Shown: positions 47,352 through 56,945 of the stretch, in pieces
How positions within the stretch are numbered: the first letter of the stretch is position 1
Layout: every line of letters starts with the position of its first letter
Source of the DNA: Candidatus Pyrohabitans jungbluthii
GTDB taxonomy: Archaea > Hydrothermarchaeota > Hydrothermarchaeia > Hydrothermarchaeales > BMS3B
DNA length: 64,000 nt
Assembly (NCBI GenBank): GCA_002010065.2
Contig: MTMD02000008.1
Span: forward strand, 64,001-128,000
Reading direction: 5' to 3'
Notes under the pieces: generated by a model
The model's database searches: none
What the model saw: only the letters and a program-made list of their open reading frames with translations
Told to the model about the DNA's origin: nothing
Program-made: the position numbers and the translations under genes

Positions 47352-48758
47352 TTGAATGGAAAATTTGGAACCGCCGTGCTGGGCGCTGGCTTGGCTGGCC
47401 TAGCGTCGGCGTATACCCTGGCAAAAGCAAAGAAACGCGTGGTTGTAGTTGAGAAAGACTCTCAGGTGGGCGGACTTTCGCGTACAGTGGTGCATAACGG
47501 CTTTCGCTTTGATCTCGGTGGGCACCGCTTTTTCACAAAGAACCCCGAGATTGAAGAACTGGTGAAAAACCTGCTCAGCGATGAGCTGGTTGTGGCGAGA
47601 AGAAGCAGTAAGATTTTTATGCGGGGAAAGTACTTCGATTACCCCCTTAAGCCTTTCAACGCCCTTTTAGGACTTGGAATGAGAGAGAGCGCAAAGATAG
47701 TTATAGACTATTCCCTGGAGAGGCTGCGCTCGAGAAAAAGCATAATATCCCTAGAGGACTGGGTAGTGGCAAACTTCGGCAGGGAGCTTTTTAATATCTT
47801 CTTTAAAGAGTACAGCGAGAAGGTGTGGGGAATAAGCTGCGACAGGATCAGTGCTGAGTGGGTGGCACAGAGAATTCGCGGGCTCTCGCTCGGTGTAGCA
47901 CTTAAGGATGCGTTGCTTAGAATTAACCACCGCAAGCCAGCGACGTTGATTAGGGAGTTTCTTTACTCGGCGAAGGGCATCGGGAGGCTGGCTGAAAGGC
48001 TCAGGGAAGAAGTGGCACCAAACCCTGTGCTTCTCGGATGCAGGGTGAAGAGGGTAGACCATGCCCGAGGAAGAATTCTCAATATTACTGCGCAGAACTG
48101 CGATAGCGAAATCACCATTGAGGCTTCCAACTATATCTCCAGCATCCCCATCACCAGCCTGGTTAAAATGCTTTCACCTGAACCGCCTGAGGAGGTGCTC
48201 CAAGCCGCTTCCAAGCTCAGGTTCAGGGATACGGTAATAGTTGCGATTATGGTGAATAAGCCCAGGGTAACCTCGCTGAGCTGGATATACATCCCTGAGA
48301 AGAAGATACCCTTTGGCAGGATACACGAGCCCAACAACTGGAGCGAGGCGATGTCTCCCAGGGGTAAGACTTCGCTCGTGACCGAGTACTTCTGCTTCTC
48401 CGGTGAAAAGCTGTGGAACATGAGCGACGAGGAGCTTGCCCAGGTTACTGTAGAGCACCTGGAAGAGCTTGGGTTCATAAAAGAGAAAGATGTGATAGAC
48501 TCTCGCGTGGTGCGCGTGCGCAACGCCTACCCCCTGCTGGAGGTGGGCTACCGTAGGCACTATGAAATGATACTGGACTACCTCTCAGGCTTTGAGAACC
48601 TGCAGCTGGTTGGCAGAACAGGGATGTTCCGCTACCACAACATGGACCATGCCATGGAAACAGGGATAAAGGCAGCAAGAAACATTCTGGGAGAGAAGCA
48701 TGACCTGCTCACAGTGAACTGCGCCACTGAGTACATAGAGGAGGTACACCCGCGGTGA
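47352..48758 (+). CDS. FAD-dependent oxidoreductase (protoporphyrinogen oxidase/UDP-galactopyranose mutase-like family)
   Basis: LGAGLAGL, FDLGGHRFF, GRTGMFRYHNMDH. Confidence 0.85.
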   Translation: MNGKFGTAVLGAGLAGLASAYTLAKAKKRVVVVEKDSQVGGLSRTVVHNGFRFDLGGHRFFTKNPEIEELVKNLLSDELVVARRSSKIFMRGKYFDYPLKPFNALLGLGMRESAKIVIDYSLERLRSRKSIISLEDWVVANFGRELFNIFFKEYSEKVWGISCDRISAEWVAQRIRGLSLGVALKDALLRINHRKPATLIREFLYSAKGIGRLAERLREEVAPNPVLLGCRVKRVDHARGRILNITAQNCDSEITIEASNYISSIPITSLVKMLSPEPPEEVLQAASKLRFRDTVIVAIMVNKPRVTSLSWIYIPEKKIPFGRIHEPNNWSEAMSPRGKTSLVTEYFCFSGEKLWNMSDEELAQVTVEHLEELGFIKEKDVIDSRVVRVRNAYPLLEVGYRRHYEMILDYLSGFENLQLVGRTGMFRYHNMDHAMETGIKAARNILGEKHDLLTVNCATEYIEEVHPR

Positions 48759-50176
48759 GGGCGGCGCTGATAATGCCCTCCTGGTTGCCCGAAGACATCT
48801 TCCCCACAAAAACCGCCAAAGCTCAGGTGAACTACTGGCAACCCCTGGGTTTGCTATACCTCGCTGCCTCCCTCCGCGAGGCGGGGCATGAAGTGAAGTT
48901 TTTTGATGGCTCCTTCCTGAACCATGATGAGGTTATACAACGCGTTAAGGAGTTTTACCCCGACTTTGTGGGGATATATGCAAACACCCCACTCTGGAAA
49001 AAGGCAGTTAAGACCGCGGAGGATGTTAAGAAGATAACCGATGCCTTCACCTGCGCAGGCGGCCCTTACCCATCGGCAATGCAGGAGAAGGCACTGGCAG
49101 ATGCTCCTGCTCTAGACGCCATCGTAGTTGGGGAAGGTGAGCTTACCCTCTGCGAGGCTCTGGAAAGGCTGGAGAAGGGCAGGAGTTTGGTGGACGTAAA
49201 GGGGGTGATTTACAGAGAGAATGGAAGAATAATCAAGAATCCTCCACGACCACCAATTGAAAACCTGGACGCGCTGCCATTCCCTGCAAGAGACCTGCTG
49301 GAGGACAAGAACCTGTACGTACCCCCTGCGGGCACCTACCGGCGAAAGCCAGTGGCGATAGTCATGACTTCTCGCGGTTGTAATGCTCGCTGCATATACT
49401 GCTACCAGCTCACCGGCGAGCGAAGGATACGCTACAGAAGTGTTGAGAATGTGCTCGAGGAGATTGAGCTTTGCCTGGAGCAGGGATACCGCGAGATACG
49501 CTTCCTGGACGACACCTTCGCTGGCGATTACTCTCGCGCCATGAAGATAGCTGAGGAAATTAAGCGCAGGGGTCTGGACTTCACATGGTTCGTTTCAGCA
49601 CGTGTTAATCAGGTGGATAAAAAGCTGCTCAGGGCTTTTCGAAGGGCGGGCTGCTGGGCAATATTCTTCGGCGCAGAGAGCGGGGTGCAGAAGAACCTCA
49701 ATGCCTTGAAGAAAGGCATAACCTTGGAGCAAACGAGGCGTGCTGTGAAGGCTGCGAAGAAGGCTGGACTTAGAGTTGTTACTGCCTTCATCTTCGGGAT
49801 ACCCGGCGAGACCTACGAGGAGGCATTGAAAACAATAGACTTTGCGATTGAGCTTGACCCTGACTTTGTGAACTTCCACACGCTTACGCCCTTCCCTGGA
49901 ACTGAGCTTTACGACCGTGTCTCTGAGCTGGGGCAGATGTCTCCGCGATGGGAGGACTTCACCTTTGAAGGCGCCGCCTTTATCCCCCACACAATGACGA
50001 AGGAGCAGATTGAAGAGCTCCGCAGGATGGCATTTAAGCGCTTCTATTCCAGACCGCGCTACATCCTCAGGAGACTCCTCGGAATACGCACTCTGGACGA
50101 TTTGAAGCTTGTAACCCGAGGTTTGAGGAGCCTCTTCTGGATTTGGGTCAGGAAGGATGTTTTTAAGGTGAAGTAG
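48755..50176 (+). CDS. B12-binding (class B) radical SAM protein
   Basis: PLGLLYLAA, GGPYPS, GEGE, TSRGCNARCIYC, GAESG, PFPGT. Confidence 0.92.
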   Translation: MRAALIMPSWLPEDIFPTKTAKAQVNYWQPLGLLYLAASLREAGHEVKFFDGSFLNHDEVIQRVKEFYPDFVGIYANTPLWKKAVKTAEDVKKITDAFTCAGGPYPSAMQEKALADAPALDAIVVGEGELTLCEALERLEKGRSLVDVKGVIYRENGRIIKNPPRPPIENLDALPFPARDLLEDKNLYVPPAGTYRRKPVAIVMTSRGCNARCIYCYQLTGERRIRYRSVENVLEEIELCLEQGYREIRFLDDTFAGDYSRAMKIAEEIKRRGLDFTWFVSARVNQVDKKLLRAFRRAGCWAIFFGAESGVQKNLNALKKGITLEQTRRAVKAAKKAGLRVVTAFIFGIPGETYEEALKTIDFAIELDPDFVNFHTLTPFPGTELYDRVSELGQMSPRWEDFTFEGAAFIPHTMTKEQIEELRRMAFKRFYSRPRYILRRLLGIRTLDDLKLVTRGLRSLFWIWVRKDVFKVK

Positions 50177-50260
50177 CCAGCATATCAGTAATATTATTGT
50201 AGAACACATACCTGAAGAAATCTTCAACCATATTCTCCTCAGGCGTATTAGCTGGCTACT
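50172..50260. repeat. 89-bp segment bounded by 10-bp perfect inverted repeats
   Basis: AGTAGCCAGC (50172-50181) ... GCTGGCTACT (50251-50260) with internal CCTGA/TCAGG pairing. Confidence 0.55.
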
Positions 50261-50529
50261 AAATCAGGATTTTATACGTGGAAATCGACGAGAAATATGT
50301 AAACGCCTTTAAGGATCGCGAAGCCTTTACCCAGCAGGCAGGCGAAATAGCAAGGTGGATCTGGTATTTAACAGGATATTTCCGGGGCGGTTAAAGAATG
50401 AAAAACACGCAATAAAATAATACGCTTCACTTCGTCCAAACGCAACAAAGCCCTGCAAAAAGAAAACTTTATATATCTCTATACCGATTAGGACTTGGCT
50501 ACTAATGTACCAAGGAGGAGGAAGTAGGG

Positions 50530-50658
50530 GTGAAAATAGACATAAACAGTGAAGAATTTGAGAAACTCCCACTGTTGCAGAAGCTACTGCTGATAGAAGA
50601 GAGGAAGAAGGAAATATACAGAGAAATTGAGAATATTTTTCAGAACAATCGCCTCTAA
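50530..50658 (+). CDS. Small helical protein (42 aa), absent from the ORF track
   Basis: MKIDINSEEFEKLPLLQKLLLIEERKKEIYREIENIFQNNRL; TATA TTTATATA at 50468 and GGAGG upstream. Confidence 0.5.
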   Translation: MKIDINSEEFEKLPLLQKLLLIEERKKEIYREIENIFQNNRL

Positions 50659-50659
50659 G

Positions 50660-51670
50660 CTACTCACGCACTCCGTGAATTTTCACCCCGCACTTGGGGC
50701 ACTTCCCTTTTTCTATCCTGTATTTGAGGATATCAAAACCATGGCGCTCAATCAGAAGTTCGCCACAGTTGTAGCAGTAGGTATTTTCCCCCTCATCACC
50801 CAGTACGTTGCCAGTATAAACGTACAGCAACCCCTCCTCTTTCCCTATATCCCTTGCGCGCCTAAGCGTATCTAAAGGCGTATGAGAAACGCCCATAAGC
50901 TTGTACTCAGGATGAAAGCGTGTGACATGCCACGGAATCTCTTCGCCGACGCTCTTTATAAACTTCGCTATGCCCCTGAGCTGCTCCTCATCGTCGTTGT
51001 AGCCAGGAATTATAAGGGTGGTTATCTCTATCCACACACCCAGCTTTTTATAAAGCTTTATGCTCTCCAGCACCGGCTTGAGCTTTGCTCCGCAGACCTC
51101 GCGGTAGAACTCCTCTGTAAAGCCTTTAAGGTCAATATTTGCAGCGTCTATATAGGAGGCGATCTCCTTGAGGGCCTCCGGGGTGATGTAGCCATTTGTG
51201 ACAAAAACATTTTTAATGCCTTTCTTTTGCGCAAGTTTTGCACAGTCCACTGCGTACTCTGCAAAAATTGTAGGTTCTGTATAGGTGTAAGAGATGCTGG
51301 CGCAGTCGTACTGCGCAGCTTGCCTCACCACCTCTTCCGGTGGAAGGTCCAGGCCCGCGATCTCGCCATCCCTCTCACGGGGCATCTGGGAAATCTCCCA
51401 GTTCTGACAGTGAAGGCAGCGGAAGTTGCACCCCACGGTGGCTATGGAGTAGCTCCTTGTGCCCGGAAGGAAGTGATATAGGGGCTTTTTTTCAATCGGG
51501 TCGATGTTGTAGGATATAGCCCTGCCGTAAACAAGCGTATAGAGCTTCCCATCTTTATTCTCCCTCACGCCGCAAATACCGCGCTTTCCGGGAGAGATGA
51601 CACAGCGATGGCTGCATAGGTAACACTTAACCTTCCCCTCCTCCGCCGGCGTGTAAAACCTCGCCTCCAT
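50660..51670 (-). CDS. amrS: AmmeMemoRadiSam system radical SAM enzyme
   Basis: CYLCSHRC..G.CGVR, DPIEKKPLYHF, GCNFRCLHCQNWEISQ, YTYTEP. Confidence 0.92.
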   Translation of the reverse strand: MEARFYTPAEEGKVKCYLCSHRCVISPGKRGICGVRENKDGKLYTLVYGRAISYNIDPIEKKPLYHFLPGTRSYSIATVGCNFRCLHCQNWEISQMPRERDGEIAGLDLPPEEVVRQAAQYDCASISYTYTEPTIFAEYAVDCAKLAQKKGIKNVFVTNGYITPEALKEIASYIDAANIDLKGFTEEFYREVCGAKLKPVLESIKLYKKLGVWIEITTLIIPGYNDDEEQLRGIAKFIKSVGEEIPWHVTRFHPEYKLMGVSHTPLDTLRRARDIGKEEGLLYVYTGNVLGDEGENTYCYNCGELLIERHGFDILKYRIEKGKCPKCGVKIHGVRE

Positions 51671-51758
51671 GAAATAAGGTTGTCGCCCGCAGTATTAAAC
51701 TTTTCCTATGTGTCCTTCCATTATTTCAACAGAAAAATAAGAATAAAAGAGCGAAATC

Positions 51759-52250
51759 TTAAACAAAGAGGGTCACATCAGCGTCGCTGGCGATGTCCAG
51801 GAAGCCCGCCGCACCAAGGCAAGCGTCCACCACTGGCAGGAGGTCACTCTCAGGGCAGCCCATCACATCCATGGTCATCTGGCAAGCGTAGAACTTGACA
51901 CCCATCTCCTTGCAAATGTTTATCAGCTCTTCAATGCTGGGCACATTGTGCTTTTTCATCATGTTCTTCATCATCATCGTTGCCATGGCTGTCATCCCAG
52001 GAAGCATGCCTATTATGTTGGGCACTGGCATGGGCATCGCCGGGTTAGCTATGGGGGCAACCTTCAGGCTCTTGTACTTCTTCTTGTTGATTATGTCCAG
52101 GCCATAGAAGGTGAAGAACAGGTGCGCCTCCCAGTCCATGCCCGCAGCGGTGCTCGCGAGTATGAGGGGTGGGTAAGCAGCATCAAGGGTACCTTTGGTT
52201 ACAATTATACATATCTTCTTTTTCTTCTTCTCTTCTGCCATTTTAACCAC
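51759..52250 (-). CDS. DsrE2-like (DsrE/DsrF/DrsH family) sulfur relay protein
   Basis: TKGTLD.AYPPLILASTA, FFTFYGL, ACQMTMDV. Confidence 0.9.
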   Translation of the reverse strand: MVKMAEEKKKKKICIIVTKGTLDAAYPPLILASTAAGMDWEAHLFFTFYGLDIINKKKYKSLKVAPIANPAMPMPVPNIIGMLPGMTAMATMMMKNMMKKHNVPSIEELINICKEMGVKFYACQMTMDVMGCPESDLLPVVDACLGAAGFLDIASDADVTLFV

Positions 52251-52493
52251 CTATGCGGGCTTCTTAACGTAGAATATGAACTTCCCGTCCTCCTCACTCA
52301 TCTCCAGGAGCTCAAAGCCCATCTGCTTTGCCCATGCAGGTATATCGTTCTTTGAGCCCTTGTCCGTGGATATTATCTTCAGCACCTTTCCGGGAGCGAG
52401 CTTCTGCATAGCCTGCTTGGACTTGAGCACAGGCATGGGACAAACAAGACCGCTGCAATCGAGAACCTCATCAGCCTCAACCACAATACACAC
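52251..52493 (-). CDS. tusA: TusA-family sulfur carrier
   Basis: LDCSGLVCPMP, DIPAW. Confidence 0.9.
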   Translation of the reverse strand: MCIVVEADEVLDCSGLVCPMPVLKSKQAMQKLAPGKVLKIISTDKGSKNDIPAWAKQMGFELLEMSEEDGKFIFYVKKPA

Positions 52494-52573
52494 CTCCTCT
52501 TTTTTACTTGATTTTAAGTAAATAATTTATATATAAAGTTTTCCTATTTATACCTGCTGAGCGAGGTCTGGAG

Positions 52574-53386
52574 ATGCTGGATGAAAGGCTGATAGAGAAC
52601 CTCAAGCTGATGAATCTAACAGAGTACGAGTCGAGGACTTACCTGGCGCTCGTAGTGAAGGGCACTGCAACAGTTAAAGAGATTCGTGAGCTTGCCCAGA
52701 TTCCATACTCACGGGAGTATGACATCCTTGAGAACCTGGAGCAGCGGGGCTACGTGGTGGTTCAGCCAGGGAGACCAAGGAGATACCGCGCCGTTGATCC
52801 TCGCGAGATCCTCTCAAAGGAGCTTAAGCTTCGCGTAAAGGCGGTGGAGGAGCTGATAGCCAAGCTAACACCGCTGTATCAGAAGCATATGAATGAGGTT
52901 TCCTTTGATGAGGTCATCTGGATGCTCAAGGGCAGGGACAACATCCACGACAGGCTGATTAGCATGCTGGAGAGCGCCAAGAAGGAAGTGCTCATCGTCG
53001 GAATAAAGCCTGTTACCAGCGAGGCTATCGCCAGAGCGTTAGAGGAGGCGAAGAGGCGTGGCGTAAGCATCAAAGCCCTTGGAGAGTTCGGCAAGAACAC
53101 CACAGAACTTTTTGAGAGGATCGGTGTGGAATACAGGATGTACCCCCACGACCACTCGCGCTTCGTTGTTGTTGATGAAAGGGAGCTTATTCTTGCGAGC
53201 GAAGACCCTGCAAACTACGTCTTCGCGCTTTACAATCGCAACCCGGGGTGCATAAAGCTGTACAGGAACTACTTCCACCACATATGGGAGGAAACCCCGG
53301 CACAAGATTTAAAACCTCAAGGAGAGATTCACAAGTATGGAGAGAATAAGCATCTCACTACCGGAAAAACTTCTGGAAGAGTTTGA
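52574..53386 (+). CDS. TrmB-family transcriptional regulator
   Basis: LTEYESRTYLALV...IP.SR.YDIL..L...G.V....RP..Y.AVDP; PLD-like effector domain. Confidence 0.9.
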   Translation: MLDERLIENLKLMNLTEYESRTYLALVVKGTATVKEIRELAQIPYSREYDILENLEQRGYVVVQPGRPRRYRAVDPREILSKELKLRVKAVEELIAKLTPLYQKHMNEVSFDEVIWMLKGRDNIHDRLISMLESAKKEVLIVGIKPVTSEAIARALEEAKRRGVSIKALGEFGKNTTELFERIGVEYRMYPHDHSRFVVVDERELILASEDPANYVFALYNRNPGCIKLYRNYFHHIWEETPAQDLKPQGEIHKYGENKHLTTGKTSGRV

Positions 53387-53747
53387 CAGAATTCTTAAAG
53401 AGAAAGGATACGTGTCGAGGAGTGAGGGGATTCGCGACGCCATAAGGAACTACATAATAGAACATGGGATTATAAGTCAGGTTTCCGGCGAAATCGCAGG
53501 TACCATCTCCATAATATACGATCACGATGAGAGCAATGTGCTTGACAAGCTTACAGATGCTCAGCACGACTTCGCCGAGGTTATTGATTCGTCGCTTCAC
53601 ATTCACCTAGACAAGCACCACTGCCTTGAGGTTATTGTGGTGCGCGGAGACAGCAACGCGATAAAGCAGCTTTTGAATCGCCTTACGGCAATTAAGGGTG
53701 TGAAGTACGCCAAGCTCACAACCAACGTGGCGGAGATTCCGGAATAG
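53337..53747 (+). CDS. nikR: Nickel-responsive regulator NikR
   Basis: RISISLP RHH, SRSEGIRDAIR, YDH, QH, HIHLD.HHCLE. Confidence 0.95.
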   Translation: MERISISLPEKLLEEFDRILKEKGYVSRSEGIRDAIRNYIIEHGIISQVSGEIAGTISIIYDHDESNVLDKLTDAQHDFAEVIDSSLHIHLDKHHCLEVIVVRGDSNAIKQLLNRLTAIKGVKYAKLTTNVAEIPE

Positions 53748-53795
53748 CACCGGAAACTTTTATATCGCACGAGTCAGGTTATTTTATATAAGGAT

Positions 53796-54716
53796 ATGAA
53801 TAAAATGAATAAAGCCCAGCTATTTACGGTAGACCTTCTTATCGCACTTGTGCCTATTACAATTGCGTTAGGTCTTTCAGCAAATGCTCTCTCCGGTCTT
53901 GCAGGACAGGTGCAGGACTACGCTTACTATTATGACATGAAACGCGTTGTAGACGACGCAGCGGACATTCTTGTAAAAACCCCCGGAGAACCCCCTGACT
54001 GGAATTTCACAAATCCCCCCTCAAAGCTTGGGCTTGCAAAGTACAGTAGTAAGGGGAGAGGTTTTAACAACATAGACTATGAAAAGGTGCAGGCGCTGAA
54101 TGTGAGCTACATAGGCGAGCTCTTGGGCTGGCGCTATCCTTACTTTAGGCTCACCATCTCGGCCATAGGCGGGACCTCAGTCAAGAGCTGGACTTACGGT
54201 TCGCGTGATTCCGTGAGAGAAATCTTCGCCACCGAGAGAATTGCATCCATGGTCCCAAACCAGCTCTGGAGCATTGTTAACGTGACATACAGGGGCACAC
54301 CCCTGAGGTGCGACTATACTTGCAAATTCAATAACTCCCGCTACTACATAGAATTCGAGGCCAGGGATTTATCTATTTACGATTACTGGCTGCTTGTGGA
54401 AAGGACTGGCGAGTCAAGCTACGATGACCAGTACATCATAAATAATACCTTCTTTTCTCCGGCGTATCCTCATTGTTGTGAGGAATTTCCTTCTGATGCC
54501 ATAAATATAAACAAATCCAGACTCGTGAAGCTTAAACTCAGTGAAAGCGGAAAATACAGTGTCCAGCAGGGCACCAATTACCTCTTCCTTAACGTCTTTG
54601 CAGATGTGCTCTCCTCCTACTACGTTATCCAGGTACCGGAAGGAACCAACGAAAGTGAAGTTTCACCTGACTTAAGTGGTACTGCAACGCTTGTTGTTTT
54701 GGAGGTGGGGCGGTGA
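53796..54716 (+). CDS. Pilin-like protein with class III-type signal peptide
   Basis: KAQ|LFTVDLLIAL N-terminus; ADILVKTPGEPPDW. Confidence 0.65.
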   Translation: MNKMNKAQLFTVDLLIALVPITIALGLSANALSGLAGQVQDYAYYYDMKRVVDDAADILVKTPGEPPDWNFTNPPSKLGLAKYSSKGRGFNNIDYEKVQALNVSYIGELLGWRYPYFRLTISAIGGTSVKSWTYGSRDSVREIFATERIASMVPNQLWSIVNVTYRGTPLRCDYTCKFNNSRYYIEFEARDLSIYDYWLLVERTGESSYDDQYIINNTFFSPAYPHCCEEFPSDAININKSRLVKLKLSESGKYSVQQGTNYLFLNVFADVLSSYYVIQVPEGTNESEVSPDLSGTATLVVLEVGR

Positions 54717-55624
54717 ACTCGAAGCTGCACTTGCGTAAAGCGGAAAAAGCTGCTTTCCTATTCACAATGGATGCCGTCCTTGCATTGATACCTGTCTTCA
54801 TAATACTTGCGACGGTTTCTCAGATAAACCCTATTTCTGCGAGTTTAGATTTGCAGAGCAGAGTCCTAGATAAGGAGAAGAGGGCAAACGACATCCTTGA
54901 GAGCCTCTACTATGCCGGCCTCTTTGAGGAGGAAAATATTTCCTATATAGAGGAGGTGCTGGAGGAGGTGGTTACTCCTCACTACAACTATTCTTACACT
55001 GTAGAGTACAACAACTCCGTAATCATCAATTTTTCCCGGGGTAATATCTCCAGAGCCAGAGATGTAGCACTAGCAAAAAAGACTGTCTCCATCTATGTTG
55101 AGAAGATAGTTGGGCAGATTCGCGCTATCTCCAGAACCAGCAAGGCTGCGGAGCCGTGTTATCAGACCAGTGTAAAAGGTAGGGGCATTGGGGGGCAGGT
55201 TTTTACCTTTTCCTTCAACACCTCCGAACTAAGCATTTACGATTACTGGTTTGTTGCAGAGCTTGACGAAGATGCCCAAGGGCAGCCCCATAAGGTAATG
55301 ACGCTCACGCAAAATATATCCTGTGAGGATGCTTACAATCTAATAACAAGCTGGGGAACGAAAATATGCCAAAATGACTGGATAATAGAAGGTGAAATAT
55401 GCAAAAAACAGTTTCCATTTGATGGTAATCCCGTAAACAGTTCCGATTGGGATTCATTCACAACATATTACACCTATATAAGACTCTCAGGTATTCCGCC
55501 AGCTGAGGCAAGCTTTTACGTAATAGAGGCACCTAAGGAAACAGAAGAAGACGCGATAGCCCCTGAGACAGCAGCAAAGAAAAAGCAGGTTATAATCACC
55601 CTCAAGCTCTGGGAGGAGGAATGA
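54713..55624 (+). CDS. Pilin-like protein, paralog of preceding gene
   Basis: FLFTMDAVLAL N-terminus; shared LSIYDYW and YVI..P..T motifs. Confidence 0.62.
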   Translation: MNSKLHLRKAEKAAFLFTMDAVLALIPVFIILATVSQINPISASLDLQSRVLDKEKRANDILESLYYAGLFEEENISYIEEVLEEVVTPHYNYSYTVEYNNSVIINFSRGNISRARDVALAKKTVSIYVEKIVGQIRAISRTSKAAEPCYQTSVKGRGIGGQVFTFSFNTSELSIYDYWFVAELDEDAQGQPHKVMTLTQNISCEDAYNLITSWGTKICQNDWIIEGEICKKQFPFDGNPVNSSDWDSFTTYYTYIRLSGIPPAEASFYVIEAPKETEEDAIAPETAAKKKQVIITLKLWEEE

Positions 55625-56790
55625 TGCGAGCCTTCGTATTTACAGGCATGGCATTTCTCATGGCGATACCTGCGCTTATTTTGGCCGCTTCTCTGGTAAA
55701 CATGGCTAAAATAGGAGATACTACTACAATACTTGTAATGAAATCTGATAAGGCCGCCTACTCTTTTAACAGCATTGCTCAGAGCTTTCAGGATGCTGCA
55801 GAGAATCTTGTAAACGTGTATGGAAAAAATGTAACCAAAATTCAGGACGAACTTGTCAACTGGGCAATTTTTATAGAGCAGAACTTTTCGAAGGAAGCGG
55901 GACTTAATGTTTCCATTCTCGAAGAGAGGATAAACGTAACCTATGACAACTCAACAGGTGTGCAGTACGTTTATGTGGGGGATGTAAGTGACCCCAAAAC
56001 TAAAGGAATTGAGATTAATGTCTCTCTGCTGAGCGACAGCAGCTTTGCTGTTAAGACCGTTCTGGGCCCTCTGGAGATAATTATACCTCCAGAGAATATT
56101 CCACCTGAGGTTAACATAACAGAAATTGTTTATACACAAAATGGCACTTCAATAACGCAAAATATCAACAACTCAAATCTGAGCTGCACAGTTAACTACA
56201 CATTTAAAGGCTATGCATGGGATGAAGACGGGGGGATAAAGAATGTTTTTGTTCTAATTGACGCTGTTCAGTATAACGCTAATTTCTCTTCCCTAGAGGG
56301 CATATACCATAACTGGAGTTATATATGGCATCCTGAGGAGCAGAAGCAATACGAATTCTGTGCTCAGTCTCAAGACGACGAGAACATTTACTCAAACGAA
56401 TACTGCATCATCGTATATGGAGATGCCTCCTGTGGCGTGGCATGCTCTCTCATCTATGTATTAGGGTCGGGATATGTAACCGGAAAGTCAGTTTATTTCA
56501 GCATTGAAAATGTAAATTCGAGCGATGTTACTGTAGAAAATATGACAGTAAGCTGGGAACCCACAGAAGACAACAAATTAACACGTATAAAATTTGATAA
56601 TCAGCAAAAATGGAGCGGTAGTGCTGATAGCGGCAAAACAGTAGACATCGACGATACATTGATTTCAAGCGGTGCTACCCCAGAGGTGCGGCTGGATTTC
56701 TCAGGAAAGGAAAATATGGACAATAGAAAAATCACCGTCATCTTCCACCTAAATACCAACGAAAACTGCACCATTAACTTCACCACCTGA
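55621..56790 (+). CDS. Pilin/adhesin-like secreted protein with Ig-like domain
   Basis: RA|FVFTGMAFL hydrophobic N-terminus; NIPPEVNI...GYAWDEDG Ig-like pattern; many N-x-S/T sequons. Confidence 0.58.
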   Translation: MMRAFVFTGMAFLMAIPALILAASLVNMAKIGDTTTILVMKSDKAAYSFNSIAQSFQDAAENLVNVYGKNVTKIQDELVNWAIFIEQNFSKEAGLNVSILEERINVTYDNSTGVQYVYVGDVSDPKTKGIEINVSLLSDSSFAVKTVLGPLEIIIPPENIPPEVNITEIVYTQNGTSITQNINNSNLSCTVNYTFKGYAWDEDGGIKNVFVLIDAVQYNANFSSLEGIYHNWSYIWHPEEQKQYEFCAQSQDDENIYSNEYCIIVYGDASCGVACSLIYVLGSGYVTGKSVYFSIENVNSSDVTVENMTVSWEPTEDNKLTRIKFDNQQKWSGSADSGKTVDIDDTLISSGATPEVRLDFSGKENMDNRKITVIFHLNTNENCTINFTT

Positions 56791-56945
56791 GATAACCTTC
56801 CGGCTTGAGCTATTGCTGCTTTGGGCATATTGGATGTGTTTTCATTCTCTATTTCTTGACACCCTTTACTACCCTTCACAATATATTCACAACAAAGATT
56901 GAATAAGATAGGGAATAACACATCCCTGTTAACAGGTGCAAGGCG

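Noticed and set aside
50279-50390. Short frame VEIDEKYVNAFKDREAFTQQAGEIARWIWYLTGYF as a pseudogene
   Set aside because: Protein-like but I cannot assign a parent family without a search
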